From the IMG/VR virus record IMGVR_UViG_3300044846_004348, positions 28,643 to 92,642 of that record: a stretch of 64,000 nucleotides of DNA; one strand, written 5' to 3'. The notes beneath the pieces were generated by a model. The model was given only the letters and a program-made list of their open reading frames with translations. It had not been told where the DNA came from and searched no databases. The DNA is from a virus. The position numbers and the translations under genes were made by a program. Shown here piece by piece: positions 54,828 to 63,893 of the stretch; position 1 is the stretch's first letter; each line of letters begins with the position of its first letter.

Positions 54828-55028
54828 TTAACTACTACTTACTACACCCTCTCGCTTCTCTGCTCTTATCCTCAGTTTTTCTGGTGAGTATCCTCCAACA
54901 GTTCTACCTGTTGCCTTACCTCTTCCAGAAACTGCTGGAGCAGTGCGTGGATTCTGTTTTCTTGCTTTAGTGCGACCACTACTTTGAACAGGTTCGCTAA
55001 AACCTTTACCTTTTTTCTGTTTTCCCAT
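54828..55028 (-). CDS. small basic hypothetical protein
   Basis: Lys/Arg/Gly-rich; TATTCT 6 nt before ATG. Confidence 0.55.
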   Translation of the reverse strand: MGKQKKGKGFSEPVQSSGRTKARKQNPRTAPAVSGRGKATGRTVGGYSPEKLRIRAEKREGVVSSS

Positions 55029-55073
55029 AGCAAAAGAATACTAAATAAAATAAGCGACTATATGTAGAAACGC

Positions 55074-55247
55074 TTAACCTCTAGAGGAATAAAAACCAGA
55101 ACCCTTAAAAAGCACTGGATTACTTGTAAAAACTCTTTTAAGAGGTTTACTACATACTGGACACAGTGTTTTAATCTGCTCTGAGCCCATTGGACGCTCC
55201 TCTAAATAAGAGTGCCCGTCTTCACATTGATATTCGTATGTAGCCAA
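55074..55247 (-). CDS. FmdB-family zinc ribbon protein (not in ORF track)
   Basis: TTG start; MATYEYQCEDGH...CPVC..PLKRVF...LFKGSGFYSSRG*. Confidence 0.8.
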   Translation of the reverse strand: MATYEYQCEDGHSYLEERPMGSEQIKTLCPVCSKPLKRVFTSNPVLFKGSGFYSSRG

Positions 55248-55257
55248 AATCTACTCA

Positions 55258-57318
55258 CTATTTTGAGTTATCTGCAATAAGACGGATTTCGCAAGCGTCT
55301 GTAGTGCAGTAAGCCTCACCGATAGCGTCAGAAGCCATTCCAGCATAAACACCAGAGAAGTCGATAGGGAACAACTTCATAGTTGCATCTACATACTCTT
55401 CTTCAGTCATTTGTGTATATGGCATTTGAGGATAAGTAAAGTTTCCTGATGGTAAGAAACTTACAGTTTTTAGTTGTCCGTCATACATATGAAGGACAGT
55501 TCCAACATGCTCTTTCTCTGTTTCAGGATTAAACGAAATAGTTACAGAGACAGAGTTATCTGACCAGTAGCGTTGTGCAGTTGCTGCAAGCGCCATCTTT
55601 TCAAAAATAGTTACATCTTTTTCTGCACGCTCTGCATCTGATTTGATAGGAAAGAAAACAACAGAAGTTGTGTCAGGTGATTCTGAAGCTGGTTCAACTC
55701 TATAGTTTGCCATTTTAAAAAGTGGAAGCATTGCATCAGAGTTAGCAAAACGAATTGCTCTTAAGAAATACTTTCCACCTGGAGTCCAGTGAACTCCTGG
55801 GCTTTCACCTGCAAGAATTGAAACGGTGCCAGAAGGCTTAACGGTTGTAGTTTTGATTGACTCACGAATACCAAGCCACTCTGAATAAGTTGTGTCGTAG
55901 TTCTTAATATTTTTATAACCTTCATCCATCCAATCACGCAAAATTGGTAAACCAACTTTGTCAGCAAAATTTGCAACACCTGACATAGAAGTACCAATAC
56001 GACGATTACGTTGCATGATTGCGTTTGTCTCTTCCCAGTGAGTTGGAAGAAGAGTTACAGTCTTTGCATAAAGATAAGCGAACTTTAGTGTGCGCTTGTA
56101 ATCTTCTAAAGACTCATGACGATTTAGATAAGTTTCAACAAGAGTACACATTTCATATGACTCAAGTGATTGTTCAGCGCAAGGGTTGTAACCTGCAATG
56201 CGATGATCTTTATTATTAATTGGATCTGCAAGACGGCCATACTTTTTAGAGACATCCATCCAAATAACGCCAGGTTCACCATTGCGAGCGATACCATCAA
56301 CAATTTTTGATAAGTCTTGACCAACGCTAACTGCAACTGAGTTATTACTCATCCAACCCCAGCCAGGAGCTTTTGGATCGTAAGAATTACGCTCTGGAAA
56401 AATATCAGCATTTTTTAGATTTAAAAACTCATCGTCATCAATAGAGCCAATAAGAAGTTCAGCACTACGACGTACGTTGCCAGATACAACACAAACACCA
56501 ATTAAGTTTCCAATATCTGCAATATCTCTTTTTGTTAACTTCTCTCCAGCACGATTGTTAAACAAATTATGTATGTAGTTATGTAGTCTTTCTAGAGGTT
56601 CGTGACCTGCAGCAGTTCCACCGAAAGTTGAAATAGGTGCGCCAGCAGGACGGATTAGAGAGTAATCAAACTCTAAGCAATTCTGTTCAGGCTTTAAATA
56701 AGAATTAACAAGCATGGTTAGAGAGTCAACCCAACCCTCGCGAGTGTCAGGAATTTCAAACTTTACGCACTCTTCAGATTTTGGTTTGTAAATTGTAAAA
56801 TCTTTTTCAGCACCTTTATCATCAAAGCCAACACCAACGCCAAGCATTGATGCTTCCATTAAAAATCCAAAAGGTTTTGCTGGATCGTTCTTTGTCATTT
56901 CTAAAGTAGAAACAAAAGCACAGTTTTGTAGTGCTGCTGAGTTTCTTTGCTCATTAACAATTGGAGTTCCCATAACCCAAAGTCCACGTCCTGGTGGAGT
57001 CCACTTCAAATTGAATAAACGATCAAATGCTTCTTTAGCAGATGCTTGACCGCGAGTATCGTTCCAAGGTAAACGGTTAGTTTTGCAATGATCTTTTTGT
57101 AATGAATACATGCCATTAATAACACGCTCACAAACATCAACCCAAGTCTCTTTAGTTCCATCCTCTTTAAGTCGAGAGTAAGTACGAAGAAAAGTAATCT
57201 CTCCAACAGAGTTATCAGCAGCGTCTCTATAACCAAAAGGTGATTTTTTACTTCTGTATCCTGATACAAAGTCCTCTGACAACTTAAAAGACAATACTAA
57301 TGACAATTTCTTCTCCAT
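55258..57318 (-). CDS. nrdJ: class II (B12-dependent) ribonucleoside-triphosphate reductase
   Basis: PPGRGLW, LQNCAF, GNVRRSAE, NPCAEQ (thiyl Cys), VKPSGTVS, C-terminal CTTDAC. Confidence 0.93.
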   Translation of the reverse strand: MEKKLSLVLSFKLSEDFVSGYRSKKSPFGYRDAADNSVGEITFLRTYSRLKEDGTKETWVDVCERVINGMYSLQKDHCKTNRLPWNDTRGQASAKEAFDRLFNLKWTPPGRGLWVMGTPIVNEQRNSAALQNCAFVSTLEMTKNDPAKPFGFLMEASMLGVGVGFDDKGAEKDFTIYKPKSEECVKFEIPDTREGWVDSLTMLVNSYLKPEQNCLEFDYSLIRPAGAPISTFGGTAAGHEPLERLHNYIHNLFNNRAGEKLTKRDIADIGNLIGVCVVSGNVRRSAELLIGSIDDDEFLNLKNADIFPERNSYDPKAPGWGWMSNNSVAVSVGQDLSKIVDGIARNGEPGVIWMDVSKKYGRLADPINNKDHRIAGYNPCAEQSLESYEMCTLVETYLNRHESLEDYKRTLKFAYLYAKTVTLLPTHWEETNAIMQRNRRIGTSMSGVANFADKVGLPILRDWMDEGYKNIKNYDTTYSEWLGIRESIKTTTVKPSGTVSILAGESPGVHWTPGGKYFLRAIRFANSDAMLPLFKMANYRVEPASESPDTTSVVFFPIKSDAERAEKDVTIFEKMALAATAQRYWSDNSVSVTISFNPETEKEHVGTVLHMYDGQLKTVSFLPSGNFTYPQMPYTQMTEEEYVDATMKLFPIDFSGVYAGMASDAIGEAYCTTDACEIRLIADNSK

Positions 57319-57403
57319 CTACTTGTAAACAAAAACAAACACTATGTTAGTGGTTGATTGATATTTCTTGGGGTTACCCTCTTGGGAATATTAAGTATAC
57401 AAG

Positions 57404-57646
57404 TTATTCGAAAAGATTAATTTGATTCGGATAAACTTCATCTTTAACTTTGACACCTAGAACAACACTAATAGCTGCTTTAACGCCTGCACAAAAATGT
57501 TCTGGTTGTTCTGAAAACTCTGCTGCTTTTAAAAGATTCTCTAACTTAGTAGCAAGAGAGTGTCTTACCTCTGCCTCTACTAAACTTCTAGTTGCGTCCC
57601 AGTGAGACCAATCAACGCCAACGTAAGCAGAATTATCGTAACTCAT
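57404..57646 (-). CDS. hypothetical protein
   Basis: Overlap-coupled ORF with GGAG SD. Confidence 0.6.
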   Translation of the reverse strand: MSYDNSAYVGVDWSHWDATRSLVEAEVRHSLATKLENLLKAAEFSEQPEHFCAGVKAAISVVLGVKVKDEVYPNQINLFE

Positions 57647-57945
57647 AGTAAGTCTCCAATATCTTTAATAGGGATGTCGCATTGAGAAGCAACCTCAACC
57701 TCAAGTTTAGCCCCAAGAGAGTCTTGCCACCCTGGTAACAGGGCTACTATTTCGCAGTCGAGAAGGGCTCTTATATCTTCTCTCATAAAATCTGCTCTAG
57801 GTTTTGAACTATCCCCATCGAAAAGTTCAGACGGATCAAAAACTTTAAAACCTTTATCTCTTAATAACTTTGCTGCTTGCCTAAAAGCAGGGTAATTAAA
57901 ATCTTCTATTCCAGTCATGGGACCAGACAGATAAACACTTTTCAA
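57643..57945 (-). CDS. DUF4406 / nucleoside deoxyribosyltransferase-like protein
   Basis: YLSGPMTG...NYPAF...LPGWQDSLGAKLE. Confidence 0.82.
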   Translation of the reverse strand: MKSVYLSGPMTGIEDFNYPAFRQAAKLLRDKGFKVFDPSELFDGDSSKPRADFMREDIRALLDCEIVALLPGWQDSLGAKLEVEVASQCDIPIKDIGDLL

Positions 57946-58187
57946 TCTCTAACTCCAAACAAAGACTTAAATATATCTAAACAGGTAGGACAAACTGGAT
58001 ATTTATCAGGGTCTCTAGAGGGAACCCAAATTTTCCCACAAAGAGCCACTACTGGAGTGCCTTCAATTAGAGCTTTGGTTGCCTCTTCTTTTTCAACGTA
58101 GTGAGAGAATCTTTCATGATCTCCGTTGTCGTTAGTAACGCCAGACGTTTCTAATTCTTCAATTAGAAGATTTTTCATTGCACTCAT
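57942..58187 (-). CDS. DUF3039 actinobacterial protein
   Basis: GDHERFSHYV...GTPVVALCGKIWVPSRDP.KYPVCPTC. Confidence 0.88.
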   Translation of the reverse strand: MSAMKNLLIEELETSGVTNDNGDHERFSHYVEKEEATKALIEGTPVVALCGKIWVPSRDPDKYPVCPTCLDIFKSLFGVRD

Positions 58188-58195
58188 ATTTAAAA

Positions 58196-58411
58196 TTACT
58201 TTTCTATCAATCTTTTAATAAATTTTTTAAACTTCTTCTTTTTGTAGTATTTTTTTGCAATTTTTACAGATGTCAGGCAGTCTTCGTAAACTAATCGATA
58301 TTGGCTATCCTCGTTATAGAAATCCCACTCTAAGGGGTTCCGTTTCTTACTTAAATTTCTTTGCTTCAAAACTGCTTCAGTTGCCTTGTGTGCCAGTTTT
58401 TTACTCTTCAT
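58196..58411 (-). CDS. hypothetical basic protein
   Basis: Co-directional ORF. Confidence 0.5.
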   Translation of the reverse strand: MKSKKLAHKATEAVLKQRNLSKKRNPLEWDFYNEDSQYRLVYEDCLTSVKIAKKYYKKKKFKKFIKRLIEK

Positions 58412-58449
58412 TTGAATCCCTAGTCCTTTGCGTCGATAAAACTATACCT

Positions 58450-58662
58450 CTAAGAACGGGTAAATAGGCTATAAACAATGAAAATACCTAAAATAACTAA
58501 ACACCCTAGAAGCACCCAACCGTCTCCCGTAGAGCCTCTATTTATGTAATATCTGCTCTCTTCATAGAGTTCATAGTCCTCTTGACCTAAAGGCGTGTAT
58601 GGGCTTTCTGGACCCTTTAAGCCTGTTTTCTCATGCTTTGGCTTAGAAACACGTCTGCCCAT
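58450..58662 (-). CDS. hypothetical protein with C-terminal TM
   Basis: GAGG SD; hydrophobic C-terminus. Confidence 0.55.
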   Translation of the reverse strand: MGRRVSKPKHEKTGLKGPESPYTPLGQEDYELYEESRYYINRGSTGDGWVLLGCLVILGIFIVYSLFTRS

Positions 58663-58940
58663 AAAGCCTCATCCTTTCCATAAGTAGGTAGAGAGTACCA
58701 CCTAAAGGGGCTATTTTCAGCTATTTTGTATTATATAGCATGTCGTTTTTAAATGCAAAAAGGGGCCTACTTTCCTGCATTTTTGTCTATAATAAAGGGG
58801 GTTTTCTATTATAGATGAAAAAGGGTCAAAAACAACAAAAAACTCTAAGTTTGTGAATAGTATACTTTTTTGCCTTTTAGGTGGTATACTATCCAAAAAG
58901 TAACTAGTTATATCTAAAATAGTAAAATAGTATAACTATT

Positions 58941-59048
58941 AAACTATCCATCTAACATCAATAAAACTAAAGTTACTCGTATTCATAGAGACTTTATCTC
59001 CACGCCTATAGTAAAGTATAGTTAGAATTGATGTTAGATGGTTGGTTT
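58941..59048. repeat. inverted repeat in divergent intergenic region
   Basis: CCATCTAACATCAAT (58948-58962) / ATTGATGTTAGATGG (59027-59041), perfect 15 bp, extends to 22 bp with 2 mismatches. Confidence 0.8.
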
Positions 59049-59191
59049 ATTTTAGTTAATTTAGGTGTTATAGTTGCATATTTTTTTATAGTGTGTATAG
59101 TGTTAGTGTATTGATGGATATAGGGGTAGTTGCGTATGGTTTTAGGTGCGTGCTATCGTCTTAGCCAAAGACAAAGAGATGAGGTAAGAAA

Positions 59192-59368
59192 ATGCAATAC
59201 AAAGAAAATTGGTTTCCAATTGGATTACTTTTAGTTGTTATATCAATGTCAATGGAATCTTGGGGTAAATATGTTGTAGGAACTTTTGCAGCATTATTTA
59301 TTTTAGCTTCTTTTGGATCATCAACTAACAAAGAAAAAAATGACTACAAGAGATACTACAAACCTTGA
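59192..59368 (+). CDS. 58-aa two-TM protein (not in ORF track)
   Basis: GAGG SD; MQYKENWFPIGLLLVVISMSMESWGKYVVGTFAALFILASFG...; TTGA overlap with next ORF. Confidence 0.6.
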   Translation: MQYKENWFPIGLLLVVISMSMESWGKYVVGTFAALFILASFGSSTNKEKNDYKRYYKP

Positions 59369-59595
59369 GCAAAGTAGATGAAGCCATAGATGCCAGAGGA
59401 ATACCAACGGCTGTATGTCCTCTTTGTGGAAGTGATTGGTTCTATGTTCCAGTTAAGTTTAACCTAGAAACACACAAAATCTCTGCATGGGGAACTGATG
59501 GATACTGCTACTCATGCTCTAGCAAAGTTACTGTTGTAACTCCTGTAGATGGTGAGGTACTACTTGATGAAGATGAAGACGATAACAATGAGTAA
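59365..59595 (+). CDS. hypothetical Zn-ribbon protein
   Basis: RGIPTAVCPLCGS...CYSCSS.VT.VTP. Confidence 0.65.
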   Translation: MSKVDEAIDARGIPTAVCPLCGSDWFYVPVKFNLETHKISAWGTDGYCYSCSSKVTVVTPVDGEVLLDEDEDDNNE

Positions 59596-59806
59596 AAAGA
59601 AACTAGAAGTTATCAAAGGTGGTAATCAAGAACTGGATATAGAAATACCAGAACTAGACAAAAGAGTAGAGATTGCTTCAACGGCTCTACTTAAATACTG
59701 GTTCCCTAAAAGGGTTCCAGAAGATATTGAAAAGTGGGCAGAAATTGCTTACAACGATGCTTCAGCAGTAATTAAAGCCCTAGAAAAGAAAGGCTACCTT
59801 AAATGA
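59588..59806 (+). CDS. hypothetical protein
   Basis: Likely start MSKKKLE overlapping the previous stop. Confidence 0.55.
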   Translation: MSKKKLEVIKGGNQELDIEIPELDKRVEIASTALLKYWFPKRVPEDIEKWAEIAYNDASAVIKALEKKGYLK

Positions 59807-60012
59807 CCTTAAGAGAATATTTCCTAATAGGTGCTGTTACCTTTGCGTCTAGTTTTCTAGCAATCTTTAGTTTCTCACTTATGTCGTTTTTTCATAAAAG
59901 AAAAATAGCACTGAGAATGATAGATGACCTAAAAAGCGAAATAGAGACAGAAATGAAATTTAGAGACATAGTTAAAAGTAATTTTAAATCGGAAGGAGTA
60001 GACGATGAGTAA
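59803..60012 (+). CDS. hypothetical single-TM protein
   Basis: N-terminal hydrophobic helix; overlap coupling. Confidence 0.6.
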   Translation: MTLREYFLIGAVTFASSFLAIFSFSLMSFFHKRKIALRMIDDLKSEIETEMKFRDIVKSNFKSEGVDDE

Positions 60013-60508
60013 TGAAGAAGAGTTACAAAACTCTGCCTTATCTGCTTTAGGTCTTACCTCTGAACAAGTAACCAACGTAGATAGACAGTTAAGAGATAGA
60101 CCAGAAGCAAGAGATCCAAGAGTCTGTATCTGTGGACACTCTTTCTCTAGACATTACATGGCTGGAGGTGTCTCCATATGCAAACCATCAAAAATGAAAT
60201 GCAAATGTACATATCCAATGTATGTCCTAGAAACTAACGACACTAGAGCATTCCTAAGAAAGACTAGTGGGTCTGGAGCGTTCCATGCACTATCTCGAGG
60301 AATTGCTGCAACGGAGAATCATGGAAAGAAAATTAAGTGGCTAATTCCAGTTCCAATTGAGTGCTTCGAATGTGGTTCAACGACAGGGGTCACAATTACT
60401 CCCGTGTCTGAAAACAAAATCCCAATTGAAGTAGAAAGTTCTAGAAACGCGTTTTTGTGTATCTCATGCAGAAATCAGAAAAAGACAGCTCCTTTGGAAG
60501 AGGTCTAA
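60005..60508 (+). CDS. Cys/His-rich Zn-binding hypothetical protein
   Basis: CICGH..RH...C....CKC, CFEC, CISC; AAGGAG SD. Confidence 0.65.
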   Translation: MSNEEELQNSALSALGLTSEQVTNVDRQLRDRPEARDPRVCICGHSFSRHYMAGGVSICKPSKMKCKCTYPMYVLETNDTRAFLRKTSGSGAFHALSRGIAATENHGKKIKWLIPVPIECFECGSTTGVTITPVSENKIPIEVESSRNAFLCISCRNQKKTAPLEEV

Positions 60509-60793
60509 ATGAAGCACACCAAAACCACTACTGCTGGAAGAATATATCTTCTACTAGAGCCAGTCATATCTAAAGAAGATAAAGACTTCGATGAAATAAT
60601 TGACGCCATCAACACTGGTCTGACAGAGTGGAGAGACGCAATAGCAGAAGAGTTACATAAGAAAGCAACAACCTGGGAAACTAAAATGGACGACGGAGAC
60701 ACCACTCTGTACTCATTAGGACTTAGACATGCTGTTGACTTAGTATTGAATTATGACCCAACAATCGAACAGGAAGAAGTAAAGAAATCATGA
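60509..60793 (+). CDS. hypothetical protein
   Basis: GAGG SD; co-directional. Confidence 0.6.
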   Translation: MKHTKTTTAGRIYLLLEPVISKEDKDFDEIIDAINTGLTEWRDAIAEELHKKATTWETKMDDGDTTLYSLGLRHAVDLVLNYDPTIEQEEVKKS

Positions 60794-60993
60794 CAACAGG
60801 AATAAACCAAAAATCTGGACTAAAGTTCTACACTGTTAAGGAAGTTGCCAGTCATATGAGAGTTTCAAAAATGACTGTCTACAGATTGCTAAACTCCAAC
60901 GAACTGCCTAGCGTCAGGGTTGGTAACAGTTTTCGAGTGCCAGAAGTAGCAGTAGAAAACTACATAAAGAAAAACACAACGGTGGAGTTCTAA
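60790..60993 (+). CDS. Rv0500A/BldC-like excisionase-family HTH protein
   Basis: FYTVKEVASHMRVSKMTVYRLL...LPSVRVGNSFRVPE. Confidence 0.85.
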   Translation: MTTGINQKSGLKFYTVKEVASHMRVSKMTVYRLLNSNELPSVRVGNSFRVPEVAVENYIKKNTTVEF

Positions 60994-61239
60994 ATGGAAG
61001 ATATATTCTTTGAAAGCTCAACCCAACTAGAGGATGAAGTGACCTTTGACTTCTTCATTCAAGATGGGTGGGGAGGTCTTTACATAAAAGATTTACTAGG
61101 TTTGGATTTCAATGTAGCCAACACACTACTTCTAGTAGCAGGGCTATGGGTACTTATAAGATCCTACAAAGTTATTAAAAAGTACGCACTAAAAAAGTCT
61201 TTAACTAAACAATGGGGAAGACTTAGCGACCATTTTTAA
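60994..61239 (+). CDS. hypothetical membrane protein
   Basis: GGAG SD; one TM. Confidence 0.55.
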   Translation: MEDIFFESSTQLEDEVTFDFFIQDGWGGLYIKDLLGLDFNVANTLLLVAGLWVLIRSYKVIKKYALKKSLTKQWGRLSDHF

Positions 61240-61260
61240 CAAGGTCAAAAGCACTTTTTA

Positions 61261-61294
61261 GGGCATCAAATATTATTTTTTGGTGCCCTTTTTT
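61261..61294 (+). terminator. intrinsic terminator
   Basis: GGGCATCAAA/TTTGGTGCCC stem followed by T6. Confidence 0.75.
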
Positions 61295-61470
61295 CTATTA
61301 TATAAGTTTTACATTTTCCCCCATAAAACCCCACATTTTTCCACTTGTTGTTTATAAAAGAGGCAAAAATTAGGTGCGTTCTCTCTCCATTTTCCCAAAA
61401 ATTCTTTTCTAGAAAGCGGCTTACTATGGATATAACGGACACAACCGAAAAAACAAGGAGAAATAAAAAC

Positions 61471-61731
61471 ATGTTCGAAGTTGATTTCCTAAAGGCCACT
61501 GCCGAGAGAGCAATCAAAACTTTCGTCCAAACCCTACTTGCATTAGTGGGTACAGACGCAGCAGGTATCTTGTCAGTTGACCTAAACGCTTCACTTCAGG
61601 TAGCAGCCTCTGCTGCTTTCATCTCAGTACTAACCTCATTTGGATCTTCCTCATTTGGTAGTACAGGACCATCTTTGGCTGGTGAAACCACAAAGCAAAT
61701 CGTGGTTAAGGCAGCAGCTAAGAAGAAATAA
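61471..61731 (+). CDS. holin, r1t family
   Basis: AAGGAG SD before ATG 61471; FLKATAERAIKTFVQTL...SVLTS...GPSLAGE. Confidence 0.85.
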   Translation: MFEVDFLKATAERAIKTFVQTLLALVGTDAAGILSVDLNASLQVAASAAFISVLTSFGSSSFGSTGPSLAGETTKQIVVKAAAKKK

Positions 61732-61738
61732 TTAACTA

Positions 61739-61786
61739 AAGAGCCGAGGCTCCTTTAATATTTTTTAGGGGAGTCTTGGCTTTTTT
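61739..61786 (+). terminator. intrinsic terminator after holin
   Basis: GAGCCGAGGCTCCTTTAA/TTAGGGGAGTCTTGGCTT stem with G-U pairs, then T-run. Confidence 0.72.
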
Positions 61787-61807
61787 GATAGGAAAGAAAA
61801 ACCCTCA

Positions 61808-62743
61808 ATGAGCAACGAATTAGAGTTCCTGGGCCCAGACCCAGAAGAAATTGACCCAACGGACTCAATCCCTAGACACGATGACCCAATGGATTTGCGC
61901 CCCGATCTTTCGCGCATCGGCATCGTTGAGATAGAAAAGGGTGTGTGTGAGGATACCTACGAAAACCGTCAACTCCTACGCCGAAACGAATTTAACTGGG
62001 ACGCTGTCTATGACAACTCTGGCCGCCCAACTGGGCTAATCGCGGCTCGCTCTATTGAGTCGTCCCGTGAACGCCGTCTACTTTCACTTGCCGAAAAGAA
62101 ACCTCTTCTTTCCGACCCCAACAACACAAACTCAGATTTCATTACGGGCGTCGACCTTATGGCAGATGACGCCGCCTACAAACTTTGCCCACCTTGGGTT
62201 GTCGGTGCTACTCGCGCCTACATAAAGGAACAAGAGCAAGGCGGCCCGAAGTCTTCAAAGCGGGCACCTCTTGGGCTACCTGCTCGGTGCCGCATTGTGA
62301 AACCAGACGGCATCCGATGCCAGCTTTGGTTTAGTGGTCGTATTAAGGATGACGGTCTCTGCCGTATCCATCTAAAAACAATTCGCCGTCCTGGAGCTGA
62401 CGTTGAACGGGCAAGACTCAAACTTGTTCAGGCTGCCCCATACGCTGTGGACAAACTTGAACAACTTATGGAAACGGCAATCTCAGAACCCGTCGCCCTT
62501 AAAGCGGCAACAGAGATTCTGGATCGCGCTGGAGTTCGAGGAGGCGTGGAGTTAGATGTCGGTATTGATGTCCAAGACTCACGGCCAGCCCATGTGATTG
62601 TTGCCGAAAGACTTCAACGGCTTGCCGAAGGAGCAACCATGATTGCTGGAGTTTTGGGGGATCAACACAGAGTTATTGACGCCGAGATTGTTGTTACTGA
62701 AGATTCTGAATCAACCGATGAAGAGAAAGATAAGAAGGACTGA
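61808..62743 (+). CDS. putative terminase small subunit-like protein with Zn finger
   Basis: RC...DG.RC...CRIH then RARLKL..AAPYAVDKL...ALKAATEILDRAG, a layout recalled from small terminases. Confidence 0.6.
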   Translation: MSNELEFLGPDPEEIDPTDSIPRHDDPMDLRPDLSRIGIVEIEKGVCEDTYENRQLLRRNEFNWDAVYDNSGRPTGLIAARSIESSRERRLLSLAEKKPLLSDPNNTNSDFITGVDLMADDAAYKLCPPWVVGATRAYIKEQEQGGPKSSKRAPLGLPARCRIVKPDGIRCQLWFSGRIKDDGLCRIHLKTIRRPGADVERARLKLVQAAPYAVDKLEQLMETAISEPVALKAATEILDRAGVRGGVELDVGIDVQDSRPAHVIVAERLQRLAEGATMIAGVLGDQHRVIDAEIVVTEDSESTDEEKDKKD

Positions 62744-62750
62744 ACAGCTT

Positions 62751-62948
62751 ATGAACAACTTAGATGACGGCACGGGAAGTAACAACTCTTCTTTGTACCT
62801 GGTAGATCTGGCAAGAGAGCTTGCTGAAGAACTTCAATCGGATATCAGACTAGCCACCCACCGTGAAGAACATGTTCGAGTAACGGCTAGGGCTAACAAG
62901 GCTTTAGAGTTATACGGTTATGTATTAGGAGAATCTGAAAACAAGTAG
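62751..62948 (+). CDS. hypothetical protein
   Basis: Likely start MNNLDD after AAGGA; helical 65 aa. Confidence 0.55.
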   Translation: MNNLDDGTGSNNSSLYLVDLARELAEELQSDIRLATHREEHVRVTARANKALELYGYVLGESENK

Positions 62949-62994
62949 TTTATATATTAGACAGTTGTTATCAACAGTCTAATTAATAAACTAC
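62945..62994 (+). terminator. long AT-rich stem-loop
   Basis: GTAGTTTAT..ATTAGAC.GTTG / CAAC.GTCTAAT..ATAAACTAC. Confidence 0.55.
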
Positions 62995-63110
62995 CATTTG
63001 TCAAATCGGAGAAACGGCATGGGACTTAAAGACGGAAACTGTACAAAGGAAACGGACTACGACCCTTACCAGTACGAAGATGTCCTAGATTCTATCTTTG
63101 GCCATAAAAA

Positions 63111-63695
63111 TATTTTTTAGGGGAAAAACGGCCTGCGCCTTCGCAGGAACTAATAACTTCCCTTTCCTAGCTATATAGCCCCTCCCAGGTGCACGGTTCA
63201 TTATAAAGAAAAACCGTACAGACTTAAAACTAAGGGTGTATGGAAAGCGGCCTGCCCATGTACACATTTATAACGGATTCAATAGGGAAGTGTAGTTTGC
63301 ATAAGGTGTAGCTTATGTGGGGCGGCTGGGGCTCGAACCCAGGACCGACGGATTATGAGTCCGTAGCTCTAACCAACTGAGCTACCGCCCCTAGAAGAAC
63401 CAGTCTATTGGATTTTATGAAAAAGCGGCCTGCGAACAGGGAAGTTATTTTTTAGGGGAACGGATCGTGTTTCACATTATGCAACAACGGGAACCTTTAA
63501 TATTTTTTAGGGGAACGGAGCTAAGCGGCCTGGGAAAGAACGGCGTGCGCGTAAGCGAGCCCTATATTTTTTAGGGGAACGGATCCGAGCTGATCCATCC
63601 ACGGGAACTAATAACTTTTTAAAACTAGAAGACGGATCGAAAAATGCAAGTAAACCAGGGATTGGATCCAATCGCAGGAAGTAATAACTTTTTAA
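63111..63695. repeat. cluster of interleaved direct repeats
   Basis: TATTTTTTAGGGGAA at 63111, 63446, 63501, 63565; GGAA(C/G)TAATAACTT x3; AAGCGGCCTG x3. Confidence 0.82.
63318..63391 (-). tRNA. tRNA with CAT anticodon, probably Ile2 (lysidine) type
   Basis: GGGGCGGTAGCTCAGTTGGTTAGAGC...ACGGA-CT CAT AA-TCCGT...GGTTCGAGCC; GACTCATAATC context resembles Ile2 rather than fMet. Confidence 0.88.
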
Positions 63696-63893
63696 TTAGA
63701 GCTATATACCAGCTGACCTGGATGGATCGGATCTAAATAATTAAATAAATACTTGACTTTTACTTGACGGATTGGGTAGGATAACTTTACTCACCAGGGT
63801 TCGTAAAGCTTTTTCTGCAGGTAGAACTCGCAGTTGTTTTTTAAATTGATTAACTTCCCAGGTATCGCGCAGTCCCGCCTACCATCCCCCGAT

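Noticed and set aside
31848-57318. Inteins or introns in primase-helicase, terminase or RNR
   Set aside because: Lengths are ordinary, motifs are contiguous, and no splice-junction or LAGLIDADG signatures were seen.
61345-61470. N-terminal extension of the holin ORF in the track
   Set aside because: Strong SD and family similarity begin at ATG 61471.
63019-63120. 33-aa ORF MGLKDGNC... with GGAG SD
   Set aside because: Too short, ends inside a repeat unit, no supporting motif.
63111-63695. Mini-CRISPR interpretation
   Set aside because: Irregular spacing, three interleaved short motifs, no uniform spacers.
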